This document shows positions 1-11,334 of a DNA stretch of 64,000 nucleotides, one piece after another. Numbering within the stretch: position 1 is the stretch's first letter; every line of letters starts with the position of its first letter. A program made the position numbers and the translations under genes. The notes under the pieces were generated by a model. The model was not told the DNA's origin. It did no database searches and worked only from the letters and a program-made list of their open reading frames with translations. Source of the DNA: Sulfolobales archaeon HS-7 (GTDB taxonomy: Archaea > Thermoproteota > Thermoprotei_A > Sulfolobales > Sulfolobaceae); the NCBI GenBank assembly GCA_019704295.1, contig AP024596.1, forward strand, positions 928,001-992,000, read 5' to 3'.

Positions 1-480
1 TCCTTTTTCACTTATTCGCCTCATTACGCTTGCATGATCAAAAGGATCTCCTAAGTAATCTTCTCTGAGATCTAGATGAGCGTCAAAACTTACCACACAT
101 GTTTCCTGTTCAAATGCATCAATTATCCCCTGAGTTATGGTGTGCTCCCCTCCTATGGTTATTGGGAACTTTCCTAGAGAAAGTATGTAACCTATTACAT
201 TTCTTATTCTTTTTAATGATTCCTGTATATTTGACGGATGGAGAATAATATCGCCGAAATCCCTAAAACCTATATCCCCTATATCAATGCCTTGCCTTAA
301 AGAGTAAAATTCTATGTACTGTGCTGCCTGCCTTATAGATGACGGAGCAAATCTTGTCCCAGGTCTATAAGAACTAGTTACGTCTAACGGTGCGCCAACG
401 ATTGCATATTTAGATTCCTTTTTTTCAAAACCCGCGAACTTTAGTGTGTCCTCGTTTAAATAAAGTAAAGCTGATTCCAT
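1..480 (-). CDS. speB: agmatinase (ureohydrolase family), runs off the window's left edge
   Basis: Manual translation from ATG at 480: [18 protein letters not shown]...[18 protein letters not shown]...GGEHTIT...FDAHLDLR; arginase/agmatinase motifs. Confidence 0.9.
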   Translation of the reverse strand, partial: MESALLYLNEDTLKFAGFEKKESKYAIVGAPLDVTSSYRPGTRFAPSSIRQAAQYIEFYSLRQGIDIGDIGFRDFGDIILHPSNIQESLKRIRNVIGYILSLGKFPITIGGEHTITQGIIDAFEQETCVVSFDAHLDLREDYLGDPFDHASVMRRISEKG

Positions 481-534
481 AAAGCGATCCTTTTTGATCA
501 AGTTAATAAGCATCACATTGTAGAATATAAGCCG

Positions 535-2226
535 ATGAGTACTGTTGAAGATAAAGTGGAGAGAGTCACGGGAGTCGCCTTAAAGAGGGGACTCTTTTGG
601 CCCTCATTTGAAATATATGGAGGAGTTGCCGGTCTCTACGACATAGGACCTGTAGGTGTTAGAATAAAGAATAGAATTGTAAAATTATGGCGAGATATAG
701 TTATTAGGGAAAACGACGACCTTGTAATGGAAGTTGAGACACCTATAATTACGCCAGAAGCCGTACTCAAAGCTAGTGGTCACGTAGATCACTTTACGGA
801 TCCAGTCGTTGAGTGCATGCAGTGTCACAGAGTTTTCAGGGCAGATCACTTAGTAGAAGAGAAATTGAAGATTAATGCAGAAGGACTTGCCGTTAACGAA
901 TTAACACAGATCATATCAACCAATAAAATAAAGTGTCCTTACTGCGATGGTGAATTAGGCCCGGTTACAACATTTAATCTGTTATTTAAGACAATAATAG
1001 GTCCGTATTCAGGTTCAACCGGTTACATGCGTCCAGAAACGGCTCAGGGAATATTTACCTCATTTAAGAGGGTTTTTGAAAGTAGTAGGGAGTCATTACC
1101 ATTGGGCATAGCACAGATTGGCAGAGTAGGCAGGAATGAAATATCTCCCAGACAGAACCTAATAAGAATGAGAGATTTTACCATAATGGAGCTGGAATTT
1201 TTCTTTGATACAAGTCAGAAGAGGAACATTCCATGGGAAAGAGTAGAAAAAGTGAAGATTAAAGTGCTAGACCTTGATATGAAGAGGCAAGGAGAAAAAC
1301 CTAACGAGTACAAACCACACGAGTTAGCTACCAGTGGGAAGGTTTTGGATGAGTGGATGGCCTATTGGATGGGCGTATCTCAGAAATTCGTAGAAAAACT
1401 AGGCATAAAAAATTCTTATTTTGAGGAGAAATCTCCAGAGGAAAGAGCTCATTACTCCAAGCAGACTTTTGATTTAATGGTTGATATTAATGGAACAAGT
1501 GTTGAAATTTCTGGCATAGCCTATCGAGGAGATTACGATCTTAGCGCACACATGAATGCGACTGGAAAGGACCTAACAGTATTCAAACGTTACGACACTC
1601 CTAAGACTATTAAGAAGGACATTATTTTAATAGATAAGAGTAAATTAATAAAAGCGTTTGGAGAGAGAGGCAAATCAATAATTGAAAAATTAAGTCGTAT
1701 GACAAAAGACGAATTAGAAGGAATTGTACTATCCCGGAAGGCTGTTGACGACGTAATAATAGCCGAATACGCTATAATTAATCAAACAGAAGAGAAGGTA
1801 TCTGGTGAAAGGATAGTTCCTCATGTTATAGAACCCTCGTTTGGAGTTGAAAGGTGTTTTTATTTGTCCTTAATAAATTCATTCAGAATAAAGGAAAACA
1901 GAAATATTCTCTCTCTACCTCCTGAGATAGCTCCTTTTGATTTAGCAGTTTTCCCACTTTTAGAGAGACAGCCGCTAATCGACAAAAGCAAAGAATTAGT
2001 TAGATTAGTTAAGGATTCAGGATATGAAGTATTTTATGACGAAAGTGGAAGTATAGGAAAGAGATATGCGAGGGCCGATGAGATAGGTATTCCCTTGGCA
2101 ATAACGGTAGATCCCCAGACTTTAGATGATAACACTGTTACAATAAGAAATAGGGACACATGGGAGCAGGTCAGGGTTCATGTGAATAACATTTTAATGA
2201 CCTTGGGAGAACTATTACATGGTTAA
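535..2226 (+). CDS. glyS: glycine--tRNA ligase (archaeal/eukaryotic type)
   Basis: [46 protein letters not shown] motifs. Confidence 0.97.
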   Translation: MSTVEDKVERVTGVALKRGLFWPSFEIYGGVAGLYDIGPVGVRIKNRIVKLWRDIVIRENDDLVMEVETPIITPEAVLKASGHVDHFTDPVVECMQCHRVFRADHLVEEKLKINAEGLAVNELTQIISTNKIKCPYCDGELGPVTTFNLLFKTIIGPYSGSTGYMRPETAQGIFTSFKRVFESSRESLPLGIAQIGRVGRNEISPRQNLIRMRDFTIMELEFFFDTSQKRNIPWERVEKVKIKVLDLDMKRQGEKPNEYKPHELATSGKVLDEWMAYWMGVSQKFVEKLGIKNSYFEEKSPEERAHYSKQTFDLMVDINGTSVEISGIAYRGDYDLSAHMNATGKDLTVFKRYDTPKTIKKDIILIDKSKLIKAFGERGKSIIEKLSRMTKDELEGIVLSRKAVDDVIIAEYAIINQTEEKVSGERIVPHVIEPSFGVERCFYLSLINSFRIKENRNILSLPPEIAPFDLAVFPLLERQPLIDKSKELVRLVKDSGYEVFYDESGSIGKRYARADEIGIPLAITVDPQTLDDNTVTIRNRDTWEQVRVHVNNILMTLGELLHG

Positions 2227-2596
2227 CGTAGTTTGGGGTAAGATCGTTATGTCTTCAGACGAGAATGAGGGAAAAGAAAAAGTTGATATCAAATCGCTAG
2301 TAAACATAATACCACCGGCATCTGCGAGAAAGGAAAAAATGCAATCAATTAAGGAAAAAAGAGTTAAAGTAAAAAAGAATAGCAATTTGGAAGAAGGTTT
2401 TGCTCTCATGTCATCAAGTCTAGCATCCTCACTACAAATTAAGGAGTGCGTAGAACTTTCTATAAAGGGGAAAAGGGTAAGAGTATCAGCGATAATCCAG
2501 GATAATGTAAATGATGAGACGGTTTATATGAATGGAAAGGATATGGAGAAGAATGGTATTAATGACAATAGTGTGGTGACTATTAGGAAGTGTTAA
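2219..2596 (+). CDS. small protein with a CDC48-N-like double-psi beta-barrel domain
   Basis: C-terminal half (GFALMS...IKGKRVRV...VYMNGKDMEKNGINDNSVVTIRK) parallels the CDC48/VAT N-domain; true start may be ATG 2249. Confidence 0.55.
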   Translation: MVNVVWGKIVMSSDENEGKEKVDIKSLVNIIPPASARKEKMQSIKEKRVKVKKNSNLEEGFALMSSSLASSLQIKECVELSIKGKRVRVSAIIQDNVNDETVYMNGKDMEKNGINDNSVVTIRKC

Positions 2597-3015
2597 TTAT
2601 GAACGATATTGACATAGAGTTAGATAGTCGATTAACGCAATTTGGGGAGACTGTCACGGAATACCTTGAGGGAAAAGATATAGTAGAAAGTTTACTACAA
2701 GCTAAGGAGGATCCTGAGGAATTAAGAATTCGTATGACAAAGGTAGCATTATCAAGAAGGAAAATACGGGCCATGTTAACAAGTATGAATAAACTTCTAC
2801 GTTCGGCATCCGATAATTCGGTTAGAGAGCAGGCCATAGCGCTTTTCTCCTTTCTTAATACAATAGGATTAAGAGAAGAACTAGAAGTAATTCAACAAAT
2901 GAGAAAAAGTGGGTTGTTATTCAATAGCAACGAACTCGATAGTTATGAGAGAGAGATTAACTTAATGATTAAACAAATAAGTAGCATATTAGACGAGGTT
3001 GAGAAGAATATATAG
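2590..3015 (+). CDS. hypothetical helical protein
   Basis: 141-aa ORF coupled to the upstream gene. Confidence 0.7.
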   Translation: MLIMNDIDIELDSRLTQFGETVTEYLEGKDIVESLLQAKEDPEELRIRMTKVALSRRKIRAMLTSMNKLLRSASDNSVREQAIALFSFLNTIGLREELEVIQQMRKSGLLFNSNELDSYEREINLMIKQISSILDEVEKNI

Positions 3016-3070
3016 AATTAAATATTGATCAGTTAACTTTCATATATATTAAATGGTCATCTTTTATGAT

Positions 3071-3352
3071 TTATGTTCTTATTGCTAAATATAATAATAT
3101 CAGAGCTATCACGTTCGTAACAATTATCCCTAATGAGGGGAGGGCGTACATAAATCCACTTGTGCTCCACATAAAGAAACTTGAAACTAGTAAGATCTGT
3201 TCTATAAAAATCACTATTGACGTAATAAAAAGCGTAGTAGTAAACCTCGTCTTAACTAATCCCCTAAGTCTTAAGTATTCAACTAATATTAGCAAAGCGA
3301 AAAAGGAAGACAAAAACCCAACGCCAATATCTACGTACCAGAGCTTAATCAT
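3071..3352 (-). CDS. small membrane protein (about 3 TM helices)
   Basis: Hydrophobic 93-aa ORF downstream of tfb. Confidence 0.7.
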   Translation of the reverse strand: MIKLWYVDIGVGFLSSFFALLILVEYLRLRGLVKTRFTTTLFITSIVIFIEQILLVSSFFMWSTSGFMYALPSLGIIVTNVIALILLYLAIRT

Positions 3353-3431
3353 GCTAGCTACACGCTATCCATTCTTTTCAAGAAGGGTATAAAAATTTTT
3401 ACCAAAATTTGTTTGGAAAATTTTACGTAAA

Positions 3432-4349
3432 TTACTGTTGGGGAATATCTATTCTCAATTCTTGTATCAATTCTTTATATCTATTCCTAACTGTAACTTC
3501 TGTAACGCCTGCAAGCTGAGCTATTTCCTTCTGTGTTCTTCTCTCCCCGTTCTGCAGAGCAGCTATATATATTGCTGCGGCAGCAAGTCCGGCTGGATCT
3601 TTTCCAGCCGTTATACCTGTGCTCTTTGCTTTTTCTAATATTTCGGCTGCCATTTTCATAGCACTGCCTGAAACACCGAGTACAGCTCCTATTCTCGTAA
3701 CGTAGTCCCTAGCATCGGTAACGGGGACGTCTATTTGTAATTCCTTCAATAGTAATCTGTAACCTCTTGCTACTTCTTTTCTATTAGCTTTGGTATAAGC
3801 AGCTATTTCATCTAATGTTCTTGCAACTTTCATTCGTCTACATGCGGTGTATATGGACGCTGCAACTACGCTTTCAATGCTTCTTCCCCTTACTAATCCT
3901 TTTTCTACTGCTCTTCTGTATATTGACGAAGCCTCATCTTTTACCGACTTAGGCAACCCTAGATTATTCGCAATTCTTTCTAATTCGTTCATAGCCTGCG
4001 CTAGATTTCTATCAATACTAGTCTGTATTCTTGCTCGGATTTGCCATTTTCTCCATCTTAAGGCTTCAAGTCTCTTCCTAGGTTCTAAAGTTCTTCCCAT
4101 AGCATCTCTATCTCTCCAATCGATTAAAGTCGAAAGACCCCTATCATGTATTGTGTTATTTAGGGGTCCACCCACCCTACTTCTTTTCTCTTTTTCTTCA
4201 GGAGTAAAAGCTCTCCATTCTGGACCCTGATCTACTACACGGTCCTCGATTATTTCCCCGGTCTCTTCACAAATATATTCTCCACGCTCAAAATCGTAAA
4301 CTACCTTATCCTGCGGACAAGGAGTATTAGAACGCGTCTCATCCGTCAT
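3432..4349 (-). CDS. tfb: transcription initiation factor IIB (TFB1 type)
   Basis: Sulfolobales-type ribbon CPQDK...CEETG, B-reader GPEWRAF, two cyclin repeats, [13 protein letters not shown]. Confidence 0.97.
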   Translation of the reverse strand: MTDETRSNTPCPQDKVVYDFERGEYICEETGEIIEDRVVDQGPEWRAFTPEEKEKRSRVGGPLNNTIHDRGLSTLIDWRDRDAMGRTLEPRKRLEALRWRKWQIRARIQTSIDRNLAQAMNELERIANNLGLPKSVKDEASSIYRRAVEKGLVRGRSIESVVAASIYTACRRMKVARTLDEIAAYTKANRKEVARGYRLLLKELQIDVPVTDARDYVTRIGAVLGVSGSAMKMAAEILEKAKSTGITAGKDPAGLAAAAIYIAALQNGERRTQKEIAQLAGVTEVTVRNRYKELIQELRIDIPQQ

Positions 4350-4454
4350 TTATCACACCTACTAACAGAAAACCTTATATATATGTAAGTAGCATCATTA
4401 ATAAAGTTTTCCTATATATACTATATAAGCTTATCGTCATTTCTAACATGAGTC

Positions 4455-4763
4455 TTACTCTATTATAAGTATATTTGATGATGGATATCCCATTTCTTCA
4501 AGTACTTGCCTTACTTTTTCCCTGTGATCCCCCTGTAACTCTATCCTATTATTTTTGGTAGTTCCACCCGTAGCTAACCTCGATTTTAATTCCGATGCTA
4601 TTTCTTTTAGCTTGCTATCGTTTCCTTCTATGCCCTCTATAACCGTTACTTCCTTTCCATATCTCCTTTTTTCCAACCTTACCTTTATAAATTGTTCTTC
4701 TTTATTTAACTGTTCACAAAATTCTGGAGGCAATCCTCCACAGTTATCCTTTTCTTCAGCCAT
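4455..4763 (-). CDS. translation initiation factor aIF1/SUI1
   Basis: [26 protein letters not shown] motifs. Confidence 0.95.
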   Translation of the reverse strand: MAEEKDNCGGLPPEFCEQLNKEEQFIKVRLEKRRYGKEVTVIEGIEGNDSKLKEIASELKSRLATGGTTKNNRIELQGDHREKVRQVLEEMGYPSSNILIIE

Positions 4764-5098
4764 TCATAATGAACATCGTTTTTCCACTATATAACTATAT
4801 CGTTTTAACCAAACGAGTACTTTTCTACTTTATATTGTAAGTTCTGAAAAACTATATGATATATCCCTTTGAAACTGTAAAACCCTTTTTATTAAAAATT
4901 AGGATATATAAGTATAAGAAATTTATTAATATTTTAAAGTAAAATATAAGGGTCTCATCCCATTATTCTCAAAAGTTAAAGACAACTTACTAATGAGGGG
5001 GGACGAAAATGTACATTATATACCATATTTGATTTTGTTCGTCTCTTTACACGCTGATTTAATTAAATAGTCTTATATATTGTCGAGATAAACCATAG

Positions 5099-5416
5099 TT
5101 GTCTATGGAACAGATAGTGGCCTTTTTGAACAAGTTAGACAGAACTCAATTCTTATCGATATATAAAGCATTCATCACAAAATATCCCGACACCGTTATT
5201 CTTTTAGAACCTATTAAGTTCACATTTTCCGCATATGATTGGTCATCAAGTAAGTATGATATAAACGGTTTACTCGATTTTCTATTAGAATTCAGAAAGA
5301 ATCTAAACACTAATGCCAAACTAATAGTATTTACTACGATACCGCTTAGCGCTAACTTCATATCAAGAGACAAAATTGTTTTGCTTAATCCGGAAAACTT
5401 AGATAGAGTTATTTAG
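5099..5416 (+). CDS. hypothetical protein
   Basis: 105-aa ORF in an AT-rich region; no recognised motif. Confidence 0.45.
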   Translation: MSMEQIVAFLNKLDRTQFLSIYKAFITKYPDTVILLEPIKFTFSAYDWSSSKYDINGLLDFLLEFRKNLNTNAKLIVFTTIPLSANFISRDKIVLLNPENLDRVI

Positions 5417-5638
5417 GTCTAACATTTAGTTTGGACCTAAATTTAAGGGTTATTTGCCTTGTAATTTTTATAAATATTGATAGATAAATACAGTATTTTA
5501 ACGGCTCCAAAATAACTATTATATAAAAATCAGTAATAACTATTTAGTATTCAATATAACCTATTATTACTTACTTTATTGATTTATACTATAAATAAAT
5601 TTAAAATATTGACTACTATTAAGTAATTGTTAAATGTT

Positions 5639-6940
5639 TCAATAAGGTAAGTCGGAATCAATATTGTAAATCCTCTTCATTGCATTAATTATTATCTCGG
5701 AATACGTAAAATGAGGGAAAATTGTAAATAGTAACTTACTTATAGGAAGTCTATATTTTACAAACAATGAAATTACTGAAATAAGTTCGTCGCTCTGATC
5801 TCCTACTATCTCTCCATAAACTACTCTGTCCCCTTTAATTCCTAACTTAACATATCCCTCTCTATATCCGGTAATTGCGGCCTTCGATGAAGCAGAGAAG
5901 GGATACTCCACAAACTTTTCAGCTTCCGACTCATTGCCTACGATCCCTATTTTTGGGTCCAAGTAAATAACTTGAGGAATAGATGAATAATCAATTTTAG
6001 TAGGCTTACCAAGTATGTTGAGCGAAGCAATTATCGCTTCTTCGAAAGCCACATGTGCTAATAATGGGGTTGGCTTTTTTGCTACGTCTCCTATTGCATA
6101 GATATTACCCTTTGAAGTTCTCATATTATCATCGATTATTATTCCCCTTACGTCTAGACTGACAAGATTTTCCACGCCTTTAGGAAATACAGGTACACGT
6201 CCCGTAGCTAAAATGATCTTATCAACGTTAATGGTCTCTTGCGTAGTAACTATCACGTTTTCCTCCATTTTGAGAACGTCTCTATTTTCGAAAATTCTAA
6301 CTCCATCCCAATCCAAAATACTTTTTACTTTTTCCCTTACGGTCAAGGGGTACTTTGAGAGCAATTCACCATGCGTTATTAGATAAACATCGGAGTTTTG
6401 CCGTGATATTATTTGGGCAAATTCGACGCCAGCGGGTCCTCCACCAACTATTCCCACTCTCTCCCCACTAAAATTCGCATTAATCCAAGTGTTCTCATCA
6501 AGAACATTTCTTTTTGGAAATTGTTTAATTGGTTCTGAACCCGTTGATATTATTATTTTATTTGCTCTAAGTAACTTTCCGCCCACTTCTACCGTATCTG
6601 CCGAAATGAGCTTCCCTTCTCCGTAATACACGTCAACCCCTCGACTTTTCAGAACATTTTCTCCTACGTTACTTAGGAAATCTATTATTTCTTTCATTTT
6701 ATGTTTATAATCACCTATTGATATTCCTATGTCGACACCTACATAGTTCCCCCATTCCCTATATCTATATATATTTGAGAATAACGTGTTTTCGAATATG
6801 GTCGGCGCACATCCTGTCCTTATGCAAGTACCACCTATAATATCCTTTTCTACAAGAGCTACACTAATATCATTGGAAGCTAACAACGAGGAAGCTACAT
6901 ATCCTCCGGTTCCTCCGCCTATAACTATAACATCATACAC
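5639..6940 (-). CDS. pyridine nucleotide-disulfide oxidoreductase (dihydrolipoamide dehydrogenase-like)
   Basis: GGGTGG FAD motif, GGTCIRTGC redox disulfide, GGGPAG, YAIGD, C-terminal HxTxSE. Confidence 0.88.
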   Translation of the reverse strand: MYDVIVIGGGTGGYVASSLLASNDISVALVEKDIIGGTCIRTGCAPTIFENTLFSNIYRYREWGNYVGVDIGISIGDYKHKMKEIIDFLSNVGENVLKSRGVDVYYGEGKLISADTVEVGGKLLRANKIIISTGSEPIKQFPKRNVLDENTWINANFSGERVGIVGGGPAGVEFAQIISRQNSDVYLITHGELLSKYPLTVREKVKSILDWDGVRIFENRDVLKMEENVIVTTQETINVDKIILATGRVPVFPKGVENLVSLDVRGIIIDDNMRTSKGNIYAIGDVAKKPTPLLAHVAFEEAIIASLNILGKPTKIDYSSIPQVIYLDPKIGIVGNESEAEKFVEYPFSASSKAAITGYREGYVKLGIKGDRVVYGEIVGDQSDELISVISLFVKYRLPISKLLFTIFPHFTYSEIIINAMKRIYNIDSDLPY

Positions 6941-7008
6941 AAGTGACTTTAAAATGGGTGATTAAAATATTATACGTTTTATCAATAGTTATCTTTTTAT
7001 ATAACAAA

Positions 7009-7650
7009 CTAAATAACGTACACAACGATTCGTTCAATAATATTATGCTTACCGAAAATGTTTACAATAATAACTGAACCCCTCTCCAAATTTCCTATAT
7101 GAAATGCGAGATAGAACTGGTAATTGTTTCCTACCTTGCTCATATTAAGTATAGAGATGGAGAAATAAGGCAAATATTCTCCCACATAAATTGTATTACA
7201 GTTAGAGGAAATCCTCACAATTCCAGTAGAGTTTGGTATTATTAATAACAAGCTATTTGAACTGTTACCCGTTTCGGTACTCATTAGATATGAACTAAGT
7301 GACAATTGGACGGGATAAAACGCTAGTGAATACGTGGAACCGTTCCCTTCATAAACAGTATATGTGTTTTCAGGAGAGGTGAGAACAGTTATCACATAGT
7401 AGTCATTCATAGGGGTGATTATAGCTCCTGATATATTATCCAAGTTAATACCTGAGGATTCCGGTGTATAGTAAATAATTGGAACCTCTGAGATTAATGA
7501 AGGAGTGCTAACTGTGTCGTTATATACGGTGTCTTGGTAGACGTACATGACTGGCCCTTCCCCCTTATTAGAATTAACAGCAATGATAACCCCCATTGCA
7601 ATAGCAATGGAAACTATAACACCTAGTATCGCAATTGTTATTTGTCTCAC
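7009..7650 (-). CDS. secreted or membrane-anchored hypothetical protein
   Basis: N-terminal hydrophobic helix; S/T/N/Y-rich body. Confidence 0.75.
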   Translation of the reverse strand: MRQITIAILGVIVSIAIAMGVIIAVNSNKGEGPVMYVYQDTVYNDTVSTPSLISEVPIIYYTPESSGINLDNISGAIITPMNDYYVITVLTSPENTYTVYEGNGSTYSLAFYPVQLSLSSYLMSTETGNSSNSLLLIIPNSTGIVRISSNCNTIYVGEYLPYFSISILNMSKVGNNYQFYLAFHIGNLERGSVIIVNIFGKHNIIERIVVYVI

Positions 7651-8065
7651 GATTCTTTGTCCGCTGAGCTAAATATATAATCTTAATGCTAATACTAGAA
7701 ATTTTTTACACTATTATGCTAAATAATTATAGGAATATTATAAGCAATCAAAGGTTCTCATCTCAATCTACAAATAGGATGAAGGGGGATTACTTCCTAT
7801 CAAATCAAACAGATAGCACTTTCTTGAATTTTGTGTAATTAGTAGATATTTGAATGAACTTCCTGGAATTCCAAGTCTTCAATAGCTTCCTGAAAACGTC
7901 GTAGAATTCCGGACCTCAGAAAAATGCATTAAATACTAATATTTAGATACTTTCTAAAAAAGATAATATAACATAACTTTATTTATAGAAAATTTATGTA
8001 CATATCTTAATTTGCCTAGTATATTAGAAAATATTATTTTCTTTATAATTTCTATATAATAAAAA

Positions 8066-8512
8066 TTAAGGATTCTCATTTTTTATAATCCACTCTATCT
8101 TAGTCTTAACACCTTTTTCGATGGTGTTTTTCATGGGACATTTTTGTGCGGCTAAATTTAAGATATCGGGAACATTCTTGTGATCCGACTCAACTTTGAT
8201 ATGATATCTTATCTCCTTCATTCCTGTATATTCTCCCAGCGATTCCATCGAAGACATATCGATATCTCCTTCTATATATCCCTCAATACTTTTTATATTT
8301 ACACCATGAAGCTTCGCAAAGTACCTTATTGTCAAGATTAGGCACGAAAGAGCACTCGCTAACAGTAACTCCTCTGGAGATAAGTAATCGGAACCAACAG
8401 TTCCGACATCGACCTCATTATCTTTCATCAACACTTTAACGTGTTCGTTATTATATTGTCCTTCTACCGTAAAAGTACTAACTCTCATTATTTTTAGACT
8501 TTCGCTTTTCAA
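8066..8512 (-). CDS. OsmC/Ohr family protein
   Basis: SPEELLLASALSC and CPMKNT conserved cysteines. Confidence 0.88.
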   Translation of the reverse strand: MKSESLKIMRVSTFTVEGQYNNEHVKVLMKDNEVDVGTVGSDYLSPEELLLASALSCLILTIRYFAKLHGVNIKSIEGYIEGDIDMSSMESLGEYTGMKEIRYHIKVESDHKNVPDILNLAAQKCPMKNTIEKGVKTKIEWIIKNENP

Positions 8513-9444
8513 GTAAATTAAAGTTTTTATTAACTATTTCATACAGTGTTTCTATTTTACATTTAATGCTTTGGGAAACTTTGGTTTCTCGATCGTGCTA
8601 TAGGATTTCTATGTTATGATGTGTAAGTTGAGGATACTAGAACCATACCCACCATACTACTCTTCAAAAAGGGGATTAGTATATGCGTTATCTGCCTTAT
8701 TCCATTTTCATAGGTCGTTCTGTCATCGTGAATATTGACTAACATATAGTAGCTCCTCTATCGTTCACTTGATCACGCCTACAAAATGTTACAAATCTTG
8801 GACTTTCCATATGCGATGATTATAATTTGAATGTAGCTAACTATTTCCCTTAATTAGGCTTATCTTGTCTTTCCTCTTAATTAACAGTTTAACGGGGAGC
8901 GTTAAACCCTCCATTCCTCACTTATAACTGATCTGCAGGATTTGATGATGAGTTTTTGTAATTAAGGTGATCCCCAACTTCCTGGTTCTTTACAAAATGA
9001 GATATATAAGAGTAAATTAATAGGTAAAATTGTAAGTCATTCTGAAATGTAATCCTTCTCCTCTATGTTGATAGGTCTACGCAATAATGAACGCTATCGT
9101 TAACGTATACGCAAAGTCACATTTAGATATATACTAGGACTATCCATTACTCACGATAGGAGTATATATTCCTTTTTAAGTATTTATCCAGATGAAATCT
9201 TGTGTGGCTTATTGAAAAATGTTAATCACCTAATTTTATATTAGTAATAACTAAAAATGGGGTATTTCCTGATCCAGCTCGAATACTATTTTATTTAGTA
9301 TTTTCTAATTTTCAGGAGTAATATTCTTACAAATTAAAATTAATAGAGGATAAAAAGTTTACGCCGAGGGTAAACATGGGATCATTTCTAAGATAGCAAA
9401 AAACACTAAATCCAATTTGCTTAATACATTATTGTGTTTAACTT

Positions 9445-9849
9445 ATGGAAAGACCAATAAAGGTTCTTATAGCTAAAGTAGGATTGGATGGACATGATAG
9501 GGGGGCTAAGGTAATAGCACGCGGACTAAAAGACCAAGGGATGGAGGTTGTTTATACGGGCCTACGCCAAACTCCGGAAAAGATAGTGAGAACTGCAATT
9601 CAAGAAGACGTCGATGTAATAGGAATTAGCATCCTTAGTGGTTCGCACATGGAGTTAATACCAAATCTACTCAATAAAATAAAGGAGAACGGTCTTTCTA
9701 ACGTAATTGTTATTGTAGGGGGGATAATCCCCAAAGAAGACGCTCAAACGTTAATCAAAATGGGTGTAGACGCGGTTTATCCTCCAGGCAGTAGTATGAA
9801 AGAAATTGCTGATTTTATTAGGAAGGCAGTTAGCGAAAAAAGGAGATAG
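9445..9849 (+). CDS. methylmalonyl-CoA mutase, cobalamin-binding small subunit
   Basis: GLDGHDRG B12 motif, SILSG, GGIIP. Confidence 0.95.
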   Translation: MERPIKVLIAKVGLDGHDRGAKVIARGLKDQGMEVVYTGLRQTPEKIVRTAIQEDVDVIGISILSGSHMELIPNLLNKIKENGLSNVIVIVGGIIPKEDAQTLIKMGVDAVYPPGSSMKEIADFIRKAVSEKRR

Positions 9850-9852
9850 AAC

Positions 9853-10764
9853 ATGGAGCTACTAGATGAAGCCTTGAAAGGCAAAGAGATGGCAATAGCG
9901 AAAATACTTACACTACTAGAGAGAGGAAAAGGTCTTGATTACCTGGACTATCTCGCAAGTATAGGAGGTAAAGCTCATATTATAGGTATAACAGGACCTC
10001 CTGGAGCAGGAAAAAGCACGCTGATATCGTCCTTAATTGAGAGGTATTACACTACGCGAAAGGTAGGAGTTCTACTTATCGAACCATCGAGTCCGATATC
10101 TTTTGGTTCCTTTATGGGAAACAGAATAAGGATACAGAGGCTGTATCCTGAGGGAAGAGTATTCATCAGGAGCTTAGGAAGTCGAGGCGATTTAGGGGGG
10201 ATCTCACGTGATTCAATTATGATGATTGAGGTATTAGATGGGCTAGGTTTTGATCCTATTATTGTAGAGACTGTTGGAGCAGGACAAATCGATACGGATA
10301 TAACTAGTATAGCCGATACAAATATTATTGTTATTACTCCTGCAAGTGGAGATGACATTCAGATGTTGAAAGCAGGTATCATGGAGATAGGCGATATATA
10401 CGTTATCAACAAATCTGATCTATATAACTCCGATGTTTTTGTAATTTCTCTGAAAAACGTGCTAGGGAGTGCTACCTCACGCTATAGCCTGAGACCAGAA
10501 ATAGTTAAAGTTAGCGCTATAAAGGGAGAAGGAGTAGATGAACTTATAATATCAATTGAAAAGCACTGGTCATTTATTAAGGACAATCATAGAGAGAACG
10601 TTGAAAGGCGAAGGAGGAAACTAATTGAGCTATACTTACGCAATCTAATCTCGCCACTTATAGTGGACACTGCTAAAAAAGTAGGACTATCAAGTATAAA
10701 GGACGCTATTAATTCTTCTCATAACGTTTTGAAAGATGCTTTATGCCATGGAAAGATTCTATAG
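9853..10764 (+). CDS. meaB: MeaB/ArgK GTPase, methylmalonyl-CoA mutase chaperone
   Basis: GPPGAGKST, ETVGAGQ, KAGIMEIGD, NKSD; adjacent to mutase subunit. Confidence 0.93.
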   Translation: MELLDEALKGKEMAIAKILTLLERGKGLDYLDYLASIGGKAHIIGITGPPGAGKSTLISSLIERYYTTRKVGVLLIEPSSPISFGSFMGNRIRIQRLYPEGRVFIRSLGSRGDLGGISRDSIMMIEVLDGLGFDPIIVETVGAGQIDTDITSIADTNIIVITPASGDDIQMLKAGIMEIGDIYVINKSDLYNSDVFVISLKNVLGSATSRYSLRPEIVKVSAIKGEGVDELIISIEKHWSFIKDNHRENVERRRRKLIELYLRNLISPLIVDTAKKVGLSSIKDAINSSHNVLKDALCHGKIL

Positions 10765-11274
10765 GTTCTTTTCTTTCCTCTTCGGGATAATTTCGAACCT
10801 ATTCCTCTTGTTGAGGTAGTCATAAAGACTTATGCTAGCACCCACGGCTAAGATGATAATACTATATATTACCGCAATTTTTGGGGAGTAAAAGAAAAAT
10901 ATTGCGGTAATTAGTATGGCGGTTATGTAAAATGAGGACAGGAATAGAGACTTAGGTATTATTTTACTTTTTATTTTTATGTAATCCTCTAAGATTACCT
11001 TATTTACTATATATCCCTCTGGAACTTCCGTTATATAGCCCTCTTCTTTGAGCTTTCTTATGTGGTAAAGTACAAGAGATGGAGTACTTAATCCTAAATC
11101 CTGCTGAATTTTCCTTATTGATACCGGTCTATTTTGGGTTAATAGATAATAGTAGATCTTCATTCTGGTGCTGCTTTCAATCACAGGAATAATATATCCT
11201 AACCACCTGATAAACTTTACTTTCATATTCCTAAAGGAAATAATTAAGTTGGCAAATACCGAGATATATTCCAA
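10759..11274 (-). CDS. membrane-anchored winged-HTH transcription regulator
   Basis: IRKIQQDLGLSTPSLVLYHIRKL HTH followed by two hydrophobic helices; divergent from the ABC exporter. Confidence 0.8.
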   Translation of the reverse strand: MEYISVFANLIISFRNMKVKFIRWLGYIIPVIESSTRMKIYYYLLTQNRPVSIRKIQQDLGLSTPSLVLYHIRKLKEEGYITEVPEGYIVNKVILEDYIKIKSKIIPKSLFLSSFYITAILITAIFFFYSPKIAVIYSIIILAVGASISLYDYLNKRNRFEIIPKRKEKNL

Positions 11275-11334
11275 TTCTAAGAATCCAAAACTCTTATAGG
11301 TTTACAATAGTCTGGTGTATTATAAGACCCATAA

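Noticed and set aside
8520-9400. Long intergenic region, possible pseudogene or C/D-box RNA (GATGATGA near 8945)
   Set aside because: No coherent reading frame and no suitably placed CTGA D box.
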